NCBI GenBank assembly: GCA_010356995.1
Contig: ML996696.1
Location: forward strand, 622,364 to 686,363
Reading direction: 5' to 3'
DNA: 64,000 nucleotides
Source: Trichodelitschia bisporula
Lineage: Eukaryota
The position numbers and the translations under genes are program-made. This document shows positions 24,617 through 37,215 of this stretch, one piece after another (positions within the stretch are counted from its first letter, which is position 1; the number at the start of each line of letters is the position of its first letter). The notes under the pieces were generated by a model. That model saw only the letters and a list, made by a program, of their open reading frames with translations, was not told the DNA's origin and searched no databases.

Positions 24617-27600
24617 TGAGAGTGAGTTTGCAGTAACATGCAACTCCGGGTACTTTGTTGCGTGGCATTTGGCAAGGGTCATTGGCATGCGTGGAACCTG
24701 CGCCACGCGAGCCGTGATTTGCCGTGATTTGACCCAGGAGGGGTTGGATCGTTGCGGGTTAAGCGCCGCTAAACTCCATTTGCAGAGTTATTTTCACCCC
24801 ACGCATGGAGTCCAAGCTCGTGCAAATTATCTCTAACCGGGACTTTGGGACTCCTCGCACGGTCCGGTACCTTTTAATGGCAGCTAATTAACTCAAGACG
24901 GGAAGCGACGTAGGGTACTTAAAGTAGGTAAAAAGACCTCCTTTGGGAAATTTATTTGGGGGCATTCTTAGATTAAGTGGCCCGTTCTTTGAGCTGCGCG
25001 GGGGAAAGTTGGGGACGGAACGAGGTGAGGGAGCGGGGGCGGCGGGTTGCGTGAGGGAGATGATCGTGACGTGATGTGGACGTGGAGGAAGAGAGGAGGT
25101 CGAGCTGTGGTGGGGAGCATCCTGGTCAGTTTTGACATCCGAGGCTTGGGCTAAGACATGGCGGGGGGTTCCACTTGTGCACTGCTTTGTACTCCGTTCC
25201 GTAACCGTTAGTCGGGAACAAACTAAGCAGATGCTGAACTGCAACATCAACTCCAACGTCGCCAACTGACGAAACACTTGGAGAGGGGCGGTGCAATAGC
25301 GGTACGAAGGCAACAACATGACAACGCAGTAATTTGTGACATCTCTCCGCCCTGAGTACCCCCCGTGTTGCTCGTGACTTGGCGGGGTCGGTGTTTCGGT
25401 GGCGGCCGACGACGAAACCGTTCCTGGATTTCCTATTTTTGCCGAAGAGAGCCCCATAGGATTCTCTGGCCCCGTCCTTGGTCCCCTTCGTCGGACCGGG
25501 GCCACAATGGAGGCATTCCTTCCTTCTCATACAAACATCGGTGACTGTGCCCGAGTAGACCGCACTTTGGAGTGCGGTGATGGCGACGTCCGCAGAGAAT
25601 GAAGGGGTGACTGCACACATGAGGGCATGGACATCAGGTGTGTGTCCTGCCACTGGAACCGGGATGTCGAGCGCAGGGGAAGGTCGACCGCCATCCAGAG
25701 CAGCAACACTCCTCACAGGCGGTGGGGGGGGGTACAGCCCATTGCTGTACCTCATCCTTCTGCTCCCAACCCGCGGTGCTGCATCCACAGGGGCTGCAAG
25801 CCAGCATGAAGGCCAGTGGCGGGCTGGGGACAACAGCAGCAGTAGCGGTGCTCGTTGAGGATGATCTCGCGCGGGGTTCCCCATGTACCGACGTACCATG
25901 CTTCTCGCCCAGTAATGCATGATCTGGCCTGCGCCACGAGGCGTCATTCTGCCCGTGCCGCCCGCGGAAGCGGTCGCGTTGCGATCTGGGGAAGGTGCAT
26001 CGACTTTCTCGGATGCCGGGAGCCGGGGGGGCTCTGTGTACGACTTCTGGCATATGGTGGTGATATTGGGCGCAAAAAACTCCACGGTTTACCGCCTCAT
26101 CGTCTGGAGAATTGGCATATGAAAATGCGGGGAGTAGACTTACCCTTTGCGGTCAATGCTATCTTCAGAGACTTTTTGCTCTATTTTCGCCCCAGAATCA
26201 CCGTTCTTCATTGGTCAGTTCGAATACAAGGGGACCCTTCCATTCCAGACGCGTACAGGGAAGCTCGAAAGCCTTCAAGCATGGAGGTCCACCACTCATC
26301 CCCACGCTATATCGGCCGATGTGCCAAGCCCGGCTGTTATTGGGGCCTCGGGACTTTGAAGGCATTTGCATCTTTCCTGAAAAGCTTGCTTCGACGCTTC
26401 CCGCTGCGGTGGGGTACCCCGCTGGCCGAGGCGTTGCTGTTAGTTTAGAGAAAGGCACGTCAGCGTCGACTGAGCGAGTAATTGGATGGATGGTCCTGGC
26501 TTCAGGATTGAGATGGTACGTGTCAAGGCAGCAATTCCAGGATCCATTCGACCGATCGTTAGACCCAGATGAGGCAATGCCCAAGGCTGAACATTTGTGA
26601 CCACCGGCCAAGGGAGTTGTGAGGCGGTGACATAACGTCGTCGGTCGGCGCAGTGTTAGGACGGAGCGGCGCGCTTGTCAACCGCAAGACGCGAAGGATC
26701 AGACCCTCGAGGTTACCCGGGTAAGAGCACCCCTATATCGGCTTGGGCACATCAGGCAGCAATTGGTCGCCAAGGTTCTCGTCGCAGACTGTGACGTGTT
26801 GTCGTAGCAGCGCCTCGTTCGAGTTCGCCTACGGTCCAGGTACCGGGGGTGACCAAAACTTAGGCCCTCATCCTATGTAGGTGCGGGAGTGCCCGCAACA
26901 CGAGATCGACTTCGTGGAGCACACAACCACAGACCGCAGTGCCACTTCTGGAGGTCACTCCGCGTTCGCCATGCTCTCCGCAGGCATTGAACATAGCCTT
27001 CTTCATCCTCCCGCGTGATGAGTGGTCAAGGGAGAAAGGAGTCACCAAAAAAGCCATCCTACTACCGCCTTATGCGCGAGCTTGAGAGAGATTCAGGCGT
27101 ATAATGCGTAACAGGTTCGGGTACCTCATAAGTGTTGCGTCCAAAGTGACCGGTACGAGAGGTTCTCAAAAGGATTGACCGGTGAGTCCCCAACCACAGC
27201 TTGCGCCTGCATGCTGCTTGGGAGCGCGTGATGAGTGGCCACTGCAAAGTACGTCTCAGACGAGCCATAAGGGACGGCGAAAAGAAGCCAATGACAAGGT
27301 GGAACTGCCTGTCAAAGTGTGTCATCACGTGATATGGTTGTTCCGATGCAGTCAGGACGAAGCCAACGTCAAGTCTCGACCTGTAAAGGCAAAAGGATCT
27401 TGAAGCTAACCGAGCTGAATATCTACGGCGCCTGGGTGATGTCTGAAGTGGTGGCCTTATTTTAGAGACATCTGGATTCCTTCGATCGCCTTGTTCCTTC
27501 GGCAGCGATATTGCGCCTCGATCACCGGCAGGTCCGCGCAACAGGCGTGAGGGAATGTGCTGTCTGATAAGACGAAGGTACGTGTAGATGCTCCTTTGAG

Positions 27601-28219
27601 ATGCAGGCGGACAGCTTCATGGATTAACGTGTTCAGAACTAAAGTTCGAGTGGAGTGACGGTACCTGAGAACGACAAGATCAGCAACCATTCGTTCACCT
27701 ATTCGTTCACCTTTCGCTCGGCATAACCGGCAAGTCGGAAAACCAGGACAGAATTGAGCAGGAAGAGATCAGAACCCGGGGTTAAAAGACCATTAAGCAA
27801 GGCACGAAATATCCGCTGCACTACACGCCATGGGAATGGTGGATGCTCGAAAATGTGGCGACACTGGTGGTCGTTCTTCCCTAGTCGGGAATCCCCGTGG
27901 GGTCGGACCTGCCCGCTGCCGTCTGACAGGCATGGATCCTTCGCATGTGCAGAATCCCTCATGCCCCTTCTCGTTCTCCATAAGTCGTCTCGGTGGCTGG
28001 CCTACGTCTATGTGTACAGGCTGTAAGCCAGCTGAAGATGCCATCTCACCAAGTCACCGGTGCCGCCATTGCCGGTGTGGCAAATCGTCTATCTCTTCAA
28101 GTCAGACCAGTGGTACTTTTCGTACAGTATCGGCGCCAAATCGATGCCGCCTTTGTCATTTTCTAGGTAGACCTAGGTAGGCACGAAGTTTATCCCGCGA
28201 GGGTTCCCCGGCTTCCTCA

Positions 28220-30380
28220 TCATCGCTCGCATGAGATAGCGGACAGAGCCCGTCTGAAAGTTGCGACGAGCTCGCGAGTGTCTTCCAACCCCACGCTAAA
28301 CCGAATGAGATCGGCTTCCACTCCATAATGTGCAGCCTATCCCAGAGTCAGTTGACGCCGGCTCGTCGGTCCGAGGATTTCGAAGGATTCGACATACCCA
28401 GTCCAGCTCCGTGTAGTGTGCTAGAATGACAAATGGCGAGCTTGTCGACAGTCAGCGATCTACCCAATAAAACACCTTGACCAGGCTTCTCGAACTGAGA
28501 CCTCGCCTACCTCAGGGTGAAGTTCGTGCCTAGGCTCGGTCCTTTTGCCGTTTCCAGGACGTCGTAGAAGATGATAGCATCTTCGCGATTCTGGAACGTG
28601 GCCGAAAGCAAGCCGCCATACCCACCGTTGGGCAGCCGGCAATGGTCGTAAAACTCCCGCGTGGGGTGATACTTGGGATAGTTGACTTGCTTAACTGTGC
28701 TGCCTTAGCGCCCACCTTCCCCAACAGAGGCCGCGGTGTCACTTACCACGCGGGTGGGACCGCAGCACCTCGCAAATGGCCTCGGCATTGGTGTTGATCT
28801 TCTCGTTACGGATAATGAAATCCCGGCTGTTGCGTTCAAGGAAGACAGCGTCTTCGGCCCAGTAGTTATCCTCGTATGTTTGGGACCAGAAGCGTTTGAG
28901 GTCCGCGTAATACCGACCATGAGGGTTTAGAGTAGCGCTGTAGGTCAGGCATTAGACAACAGAACTGAGAAGGTAGTGTGCATTACCTTCCGCCCATGAC
29001 ATTCGCACTGCCGCTGAAGAGCTTCGTCAGGCTCGTCACTGCGACATCGGCGTACTGGAGAACGTTGACGTTCAGAAAATTGCCCAGAGTCTCGTCGACT
29101 ACAACGGCAAAGTCGTACTTGTCGGCTAGCTGGCGAATCCTCGCTAGGTCAGGCGTCTTGAGGAGCGGATTGCCAGGAAACTCGCAGAAGAGGGCCAGGT
29201 ACCGCTCCCCGCCTTCAAGGAGCTTTTCCAATTCGTCCAACTCATGAGATTCCCCAAACCCGAAGAACCGACAGCCAGGGCCGAACTTCTCTAGAATTTT
29301 CAAAGTATCGACATACGGAAAGCCAAATTCGATACTCTTCATCCCTCCCCGCACTGCCAGCAGTGATCGGTGCGTGGTGAAAATGGCGTTCATGCCAGTT
29401 GGGAAGAGGTAGACGTCGTCTTCAGAAAGTCCTGCAACCTGACGCGCATGCATCTCATCCTGGACCTGCTGCAAGGCGCTCGAAAGCTCGACGTTCGCCG
29501 TCAGAGAACCAGCAATCCGGCGGCGAACAGCCAACTTGGCGTTGCTGGCAAGCTTCATGTCGAGATTTCGGCCAAAGCGCTCCTCGATGAAGCGGTCATA
29601 GTCCAGTTCTTCTGCCTCGCCATTGGGCTCAGCAACAGCAGCACTGTCTGCTTTGGGTGCGGCAGTCAGGCTAATGGACGTGGTTCGGCGATAACGCCTC
29701 GGCCCTTTGCAGGGCCGTCTGGCCTCCTCAACTTTCGATGCCTCAACCAAAAATCCGGCCTTGAATAATTCATGGCAGTACGCAGCGTGTCGACTTGAGA
29801 TGCCTTCGCCTGAATGCTGCCAGTACTGCTTTGCCACTGGAAATTGGTCCTCAGGGAAGAGAAAGGCAGAAACACGGGGGCAGGCAAGCTTCATTTCCTC
29901 CGGCATGTCTTTCGTCTCTACCGCAAGCAGATCCACGATGCGACCTTGCCGGGCCGCAGGTTGCGACGCATGGCGATTGTAGAAGTCCAGGCAACGTGAC
30001 GCCACTGCACGGGACGGAAAGAGCATAATCTTCTCCCCTGGAGCGCCATAACGTGTGAGAACGTCCGCAGCAAAGGCTTGGATCAACTTGTGGATAAAGA
30101 ACCTCGAGGCCTGGTGAGTGATGCTCTGAAAGTGACTGGAACGGGAATACCTGGGATATCCAGTTTTCATCTTACTCACTACCCAATCCTGGCCTTCTTC
30201 ATAGCCAACATTCGCCTTCCATGTCGGCAAGCTTACGCTTACAGCCTATTCTCAGGCGTTAGAAGCTAGAAGAGAATGAAGGGTCGGTGAAGAAGGAATG
30301 GCTTGGTGACGCACGTGCGCAGTATCCAGAGGAATGGACTCCCCGACATCAATTTGGCTAGCGAGTAGGTGTTCAGTCAT
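28220..30380 (-). CDS. STR2: Cystathionine gamma-synthase (Str2/Met-7 type, PLP-dependent)
   Basis: ATG at 30380; [64 protein letters not shown] (PLP lysine), [43 protein letters not shown] at 28220. Four further exons lie downstream of the ORF-track ORF. Confidence 0.95.
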
Positions 30381-30737
30381 GATAAATAGTTCGAAGTAGC
30401 TTGAGAATAGGTGAACGCGGGCCTTATGAACACGGGCCGCCGCTGAAAACTTAGGTCTATGGGAGAGATGGTTAGCAGAAGCTGAGCCTTTGAGATGTTT
30501 TAATTGACTGTTGAGATGTTTTGCCCCGAGCTTGACTCCGAGAAAAGTTTGGACCCCTTCCCATGACGCTTGACCAGTTAGGGTGACATGGGCAGGGGTC
30601 CCCACGAACAGTGAGAAAGGGCTTTATGCACGCCAAGATGCGCCAACGGAAAAATCGACATCTTTTTGGGGATCTCAGGAAGCCCAGCAACTGCATTTGC
30701 GACAGCTTAAAGACCACCAGCACAACGCTCCCCCACC

Positions 30738-33700
30738 ATGGCGCCACCAGCGATTAAGCGAAGAAAGCTCAGTCACACCCCGAGCGATGGCGATACCAGT
30801 GATGGTTCAGAGCAGTCCGGTTTCCCATCCGAGGAGGAGCATGATAGTGCAGACGATTTGGAGGGTGTGAGCGACGACAGCGGGATGGAGGACGCAAGCT
30901 CAAACGATGAGGATGAGGAGATGGAAGAAGATATTGAAAGTGAACCGGTATCGCCAATTGCAAAGGAGAAGCTGGCCGTGAAGCCTGCCGCGAAGGTCCC
31001 GGAGAAGCAAAAGGCGACAGCGGAGAAGCCCAAACCCCGTCACACGCAGCCGAGCGATGCGCTCACCGGGACGGGCTACACTGGCGAAGTCTTCAGGTCG
31101 AATATGTTCAAGCTGCAGGTGGACGAGTTGCTGGAGCAAGTACGGCCGAAGCACGGCAAGAAGGAGGCGGCCGTCGAGCGTGTTCTGCGGGCGCTCAAGA
31201 CCATCATTGAGCAGATCCCGGCACGCGACCCGACATCAGTACGTTGCGTCCCGTCGTGATGGAGCCTCGAGCTGACATATAGTAGGTTGTGGAGGCGGAG
31301 AAGGCCCTCTTGAAGAAGGACCGAATCGCTGTGCCTTTCCCTAACCCCCGTCCTGCGGAGGACGCAAAATATAAGCTCGCGTACTCGAAGCCCGCTCAAG
31401 TTAGCGTTGCCGGCAGCTATCCACTGAAGACCACAACGGGTTCCAGTAGCGATCTGGTACTTGACATCATCGTCACCATGCCGCAGGACATCTTCCAGGA
31501 GAAGGACTATATGAATTTCCGCTACTTTTACAAGCGGGCCTTTTATCTCGCATGTCTAGCCGCTGGAATCAAGGCGAACAAGCAGCATGCATTCGACCTG
31601 AAGTTTGACTATCTTCATGGTAACCGCTTGCTGCCGATCCTTGTCGTCACGCCTGACGAAAAAGACGCCGGATTCAAGGTTGTGATTCTTCCGGCGGTTC
31701 TGAAGAATGTATTCCCCGTGGAGAAGTTGCTGCCCACAGTCAATTGCGTGCGGCCCAAGGTACTGGGTGAGGAGAAAGACGAGCCGCTCCGACCTACGCC
31801 TTTTTACAATGCGTCGATTCGTGTCGACAGTCTTGCTCTGGCCTATTTGAAGCTACAGCATGATGCTGCCAAGCAGTGCGAGGCATACAAAGACGCATGT
31901 GTTCTTGGTCGGATCTGGCTTCGCCAACGCGGCTTTTCTGGGCGTATGCGCAACGGTGGGTTTGGAAACTTTGAGTGGGGCGTATTGATTGCACTCTTGC
32001 TACAGGGTGGCGGACCTAAGGGCATGCCGGCGTTTTCACCGGGGTACAGCAGCTACCAGTTGTTCAAGGCGACACTTCAGTATCTGGCCACAAAGGACTT
32101 CGTCAAAAACCCGCAGGTTGTTGGCGGCTCTCTCGCGCTGCCTCAGGAGAAGGGGCCGGTGTTTTTCGACGTCACGAGGTCGTCAAATGTCTTGTTCAAG
32201 ATGTCACCGTGGTCCTACAAGCTGCTGCAATACGAGGCGCGTACTGCAGTCGCCATGCTTAGCGACTCGGTTTTCGATCACTTTGACGCGACCTTCATCA
32301 TGCGCGTTGATCAACCGCTCTATCGCTATGACACTATAGTTGAGATCCCTGTACTTTCTCTCGTCCCTGTCGCAGAGCGTGAGATGCTGGAGGAAAGGCT
32401 TTCTAGCCGCTGTCAAGAGCTATACACCACCCTTACCCGAGGTCTTGGTGACCGTGTCAAGCTGATCCAGCTGCATATGCCCGAGGAGGAGAATTGGGCG
32501 CTCGGAACCCGCGCGCATGCTATCTCGAACGACTCAAAGGTCATGATCGGCTTCGTCGTGGACGCCGCGAGCTACAACCGAACCGTCGACCACGGTCCTG
32601 CCGCCGAGAATAAGAAAGAAGCAGCTTCGTTCCGGAAATTTTGGGGCGAAAAGGCCGAGCTCCGCCGCTTCAAAGACGGCAGCATCCTGGAGAGCCTGGT
32701 ATGGTCGACAAAAGAGGGTTCGTCAATCTTCAGACAGATCATCTCGTACCTAGTCGAGCGCCACTTCGGCAAAGATGCCGCCGCCGACATGTCCTACACC
32801 GGCGACCAGGAGACCAAGCTCGTCCCCTCCGCCGGTCAACCTGCGGGCATTGCACCCTTCCACCCCATAATGATGGCCTTCCAAGCGCTGGAAAAGGACC
32901 TGCGTGCCCTGGAGGAGCTCCCACTGCAAATCCGGCACATCCTGCCTGCCAGCCCGGAGCTCAGCTATTCCTCTGTTGAAATCCCCTTCATCCCAGGCCG
33001 CACGCGCATGACCATCCCGGCGGATGTGATCCTGCAATTTGAAAGCTCAGCCCGCTGGCCAGATGACCTCGCCGCCATCCAGGGCACCAAAATCGCCTTC
33101 TTGCTCAACCTCGCCACAGAACTCGAAGCCCACGCAGCGGGCATGACCGCCCGCGTCGGGCTCGAGAACGAAACCGCCTCGCTACAGAACCAGTCCTTCC
33201 TCGACGTGATATACCCCACCGGCGCCGCTTTCCGCCTCCGCCTCCTTCACGACCGCGAGCCGACCCTACTGACCCGGCGCCTCAAAGACAAGACCCTCTC
33301 CCAGTCTGTCAAAACTGCCGCGGCAGCCGCGCTTGCCGCGTTCAAGCGCACTTTCGTCCACCTTCCCGCCCACACCCAGGCCATCCAAACCCTCGCCACA
33401 CGCTTCCCCGCCCTGTCCACCGCGATGCGCCTGTTCAAGCGTTGGATCGCCGCGCACCGACTGGCGCCACACATCGCGCCCCAGGCGGCGGAATTACTCG
33501 CCGCCCGCGCCTTCGCGGCGCCGTATCCCTGGCCTGTGCCCAGCACTGGCACCACGGGCTTCTTGCGCACACTGGCGTTTGTGGCAAGGTGGGACTGGCG
33601 CGTCGAGCCGTGGATTGTGGATTTGAGTGTTGGTGGGGGCCCCGGCGTGGAGGGCGGGTTCGACGCTCAGGCTGTTCAGGCGGCCAGGTTGCGGTTTGAG

Positions 33701-34282
33701 GCGTGGAGGAAGGTGGATCCGGGCATGAATCGCGTGGTGTGGTTCTTGGGGAGTAGTGTTGATGGAGAGGGGGTGGCGTGGACGGAGGGCCGTGTGCCGA
33801 AGGTTGTTGCTGGGCGCGTGAGGGCGCTTGCTAAGGCGGCTGTTGGTGTTATCAACGATCGGGAGCGGGATGTGGGGACGTTGTTCGGCGGGAGTGTCAC
33901 AGAGTATGACTTTGTGATTCGGCTTGCTGACGTTGGGGACAAGGGGAAGAGGAAGGAAAAGGAGAAGTTTAAGAACCTGGCGCAGCAGGCCGGCGAGGAG
34001 GACGTTGGGTACGATCCGCTCGGAGCGTTTGCAGACGAGATTCAACGGCTCTTCGGCCATGCGGCGGTTTTCTTCTGGGATGCGGATCGGCGCGATTGCA
34101 TTGCTGGCTTGTGGAATCCGCTGCAGGAGGAGAGGGCCTGGAAGTTGAAGCTGGACTATTCGACGGTGCCGGTTGAGAAGGGTGAGGGGGTTGTGGCGAG
34201 GATAAATCGCGAGGGCATTTTGAATGAGATTGCGAGGCTGGGGGGCGGCTTGGTCAAGAAAGTCGACGTGAAGGGGAAGTAG
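30738..34282 (+). CDS. UTP22: U3 snoRNA-associated protein 22 (Nrap/NOL6 family)
   Basis: Acidic N-terminus, SNMFKLQVDELL, intron 31239-31285, FQEKDYMNFRYFYKRAFYLA, FRKFWGEKAELRRFKDGSILESLVW, FESSARWPDDL. Confidence 0.96.
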
Positions 34283-34609
34283 GTTGCATGATCGGCTAGG
34301 ATGTGGATACGACTTAGAAGTGGCCGTGGTGTACAGGACGCGTAGGTTAGATGTAACGAGGAAACGGTTGCGAGTAACCTCGCTGGTTGTTCATACGCCA
34401 GAAACAAACAAATATCTTGATTCTCAGAACTATGTCGATGAGAGAAAGCTGAGATACAATGTTGGCTCTAGACTTGCCTTCCCTTCTCCAAGACGCCAAG
34501 CTACTCACCGTATTCCTCCTTTCTCCTAGTTTTGTATGGTACCATACCGTGCATACCTGCCCTTGCTGATACCTGCCATTCGTACTGCCTCCCGTGCTGC
34601 CTGCGCGCC

Positions 34610-34780
34610 AGTCATCCTCGTCACTCGAAGAAGGGGTGCCATCACGTGGCCAGCCTCGTTTCGATAAAGGCCCGCATCACGTGGCCGCCTCGTCCATAGA
34701 AAGAGATGTGCATCACGTGTCGCAGCCTTGTCACACGAAAAGGTGTGCATCCCGTGGCTGCCTCGTCACTCAAAACGGTG
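34610..34780. repeat. Degenerate ~36-bp minisatellite (4-5 units) carrying CACGTG E-boxes
   Basis: ATCACGTG at 34641, 34676 and 34712, with ATCCCGTG at 34749. A CCTYGT element recurs near 34617, 34654, 34688, 34726 and 34761. Confidence 0.75.
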
Positions 34781-35303
34781 CAGCGTGGTAGTGTGTACCT
34801 AACGGTGACACGGAGTATGGATTCAAAGGCTTGAAGTCACGCACTGTTCCTGTGCTGTGTCACAGAGCCGTACCTTGGCGGATGGAGTTTCACGGTCGTA
34901 CTGTATGGGAGAGGAGAGGGAGGGAGAGTGGGGACGTGGGGACCTAAGTCCCCAACGCCTCACCGGGACCCTGCATCATCGTCAGTTTATTGACCGAGTA
35001 CTGGCAGGCTGTGAGCCCAAGGCCAAGAGGAAGGTTGAGCACGCAGTCCTCTCCATCGTCACATCACGACTCCTTCATATGTAAGCTTCATACAGGCACA
35101 AGACACGAGCCTGGTATGGCAAGGACAGTATTACAGTAAGCTAAACCACCGCGAAATCCGACCTCTACCTTCTATCCGTACATGAAAGCTACCCGTATAT
35201 AAAAGCTACGAGCCACACCGCAGAGGCCAGGCGCTGAACGGTTTACATCTCGTGGTGACGAGAACACATTCCACTTCCCAGCTTGAGGCACGCAGCTACG
35301 CAG

Positions 35304-36335
35304 CTAGATAACAACAATGTTGGCGCCACGCCCGCCGATACCGACTTTGGCAGCGTTCTCCGACGACGGAACGCCGCACAACTCCACTTTGACACCGATC
35401 CGCTCGAGCTCCTTCCTCTCATGCGAGCAACGCACAAGGAGTTTGGAGTTCGGGACAGTGTTTCCGCGACAATCCTCAAACTCGCCAGTCTCCTGGTTGA
35501 CAGAGAACTTATCCGAACGCTTGCTCATCGTGTCAATGAGGTAATGCGAATCGGTCAAGACGACCAGCCGAGTCTGAGCCACGTCGAGCCTCGAGTTTGT
35601 CTTGCTCCAGCCAAGGGCGCGCATACTCTTATACCGGTTGACGGCAATCCGAGTCCTCATCGTTTGGCACGCCTGCACAAAACCTTCCAGCTCAGGACGC
35701 AGCGTGGTGTGCGTGACTGCATCCTCCGCGTACGGGAGTTGTTGGCGGCAATTAAACTTGCTACCGGGACCGAAGTAGACAGCAAAGCCAGGAGCCGCGT
35801 AAGCAAACGCAGTTCCGTCGATGAAAACACAGACGGTGCGAGTTCCATCTTCCTCTTTGGCACGGTCCGCCGACGGCAACGTCGCATAGTGAGACGGACA
35901 GGCCTTGACGGCGCGGTCACCGGCGATCCCCTGCGAGAAAGTGGCGTTGCATTTCTTGCAATATGCCATCTCGGGGAGAGTTTGACAGGATAGGTGGTTG
36001 ATTGTCGGAATGCCATGCTTAACATTGAGGGAGAATGACTTGACGCGAGAAGATCCCGCAGTCATGACTGACCAGGTAGCAGTCACGCCATCGAATGTGA
36101 TGGGTATGAGCTTGGATTTCCCCTTCTTGATGTCGATGGCCTGGAGAGCCTCCCTATCGCTAAGAGTGACATCGTGGGCCTTGGCGAGCGGCTTGACGTG
36201 AGCGCCAGCAGCGTCAGCAGTGCGACACATCGGGCACGTCAAGCACTGAGGTTTAGTAGGGTGTTGAGGACAGAAAATTTGCCCATTGATGACCACATGC
36301 TTGTGTAAAGCACTGGCCCGGTGAAAGTGAGGCAT
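35304..36335 (-). CDS. RNase H1-like domain protein with Cys/His-rich N-terminus
   Basis: VFIDG...GFAVYFGPGSKFN...RPELEG...VVLTDSHYLI...VPNSKL...VPSSEN follows the RNase HI layout. The N-terminus has FCPQH..CLTC..C and YCKKC...CPSH. Apparently intronless; the exact 3' end is uncertain. Confidence 0.85.
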   Translation of the reverse strand: MPHFHRASALHKHVVINGQIFCPQHPTKPQCLTCPMCRTADAAGAHVKPLAKAHDVTLSDREALQAIDIKKGKSKLIPITFDGVTATWSVMTAGSSRVKSFSLNVKHGIPTINHLSCQTLPEMAYCKKCNATFSQGIAGDRAVKACPSHYATLPSADRAKEEDGTRTVCVFIDGTAFAYAAPGFAVYFGPGSKFNCRQQLPYAEDAVTHTTLRPELEGFVQACQTMRTRIAVNRYKSMRALGWSKTNSRLDVAQTRLVVLTDSHYLIDTMSKRSDKFSVNQETGEFEDCRGNTVPNSKLLVRCSHERKELERIGVKVELCGVPSSENAAKVGIGGRGANIVVI

Positions 36336-37215
36336 TTCGGCTTCACAAAATTAGAACGGGATATGAAAGGATGTGTTGACTTACGGACCGTGCTTGGTGA
36401 CTTGGCAATCTTCGGCAGTAGAAGCTGTCGGGATAACTGGCAGTGCATGTACGGCCTCGGCTCCGGCTTCCGGTCACGACCTCTGACGTATGAAGACAAG
36501 CCTGGTGAGGGTCTTTGGAGAACAAGCTGGTCTGAATTGGTTAGTGGAGATACCGAACACAAACTGATTGAATGTGATTTGATGACTTACGGATCTTCAA
36601 TTCTGAGAGCAACGTTACGATTCTTGTCTTACACTGGCTGCAAAATATGCTCTCGGAAGTCGAAATGCCCGACTTGCGGTGCCCTCGTACACTATTTGGA
36701 TACGAGACAGCTTGGTCGAGGCTTAGATCTGACCGACGGTGAGAGTCAGCAACTGTTAACTGATAACACATAATGATGTACGAACCGTAAACTCGAGAGA
36801 CGTTAGTGAATCTGAACAAACGTATCGACAAATCTGCTGATAAGAGCAGGGATGGAAGAACTATGCGGACGTGGGTGGGACTGTGAGGTTGTCTGTGGAG
36901 GCAGGAGGTTGAGAGGAAAGTTTGGGAAGAAAGTGCGGGAGAGTCGGAAGGAAAGTGCCTAAACGAAGCCCGTGACCCCCTCGCTCCTTCCTAAGACTTC
37001 ACGATCGTCTCACGTGGCCTGTTGGCTGCACGCAAAGACCGGTCCGAAGATGTGCCGTATTGCCCAAAGGGGCCATCCGGAAAAAAGATGAGCCCCCCGG
37101 GGAGCGTTTGGTGAGGCATACAGCCAGTGAATCGGGGGGGGCGGGGAGGCTCGTCATTCTTTTGGGTGGCCCCTGGCCGGTACCCAGATAGCCGTTGGAG
37201 AGTATAAACAGGCTC

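Noticed and set aside
25126..26611. 319-aa and 137-aa minus-strand ORFs with a GTAAGT...CAG between them
   Set aside because: Splicing that intron gives an immediate stop; no recognisable domain.
34610..34780. Repeat-spacer periodicity reminiscent of CRISPR
   Set aside because: Eukaryotic context, degenerate repeats, related spacers and no cas genes; treated as a minisatellite.
35304..36335. RNase H as part of an LTR or LINE retroelement
   Set aside because: No gag, protease, RT, integrase, LTRs or poly-A tail in the flanks.
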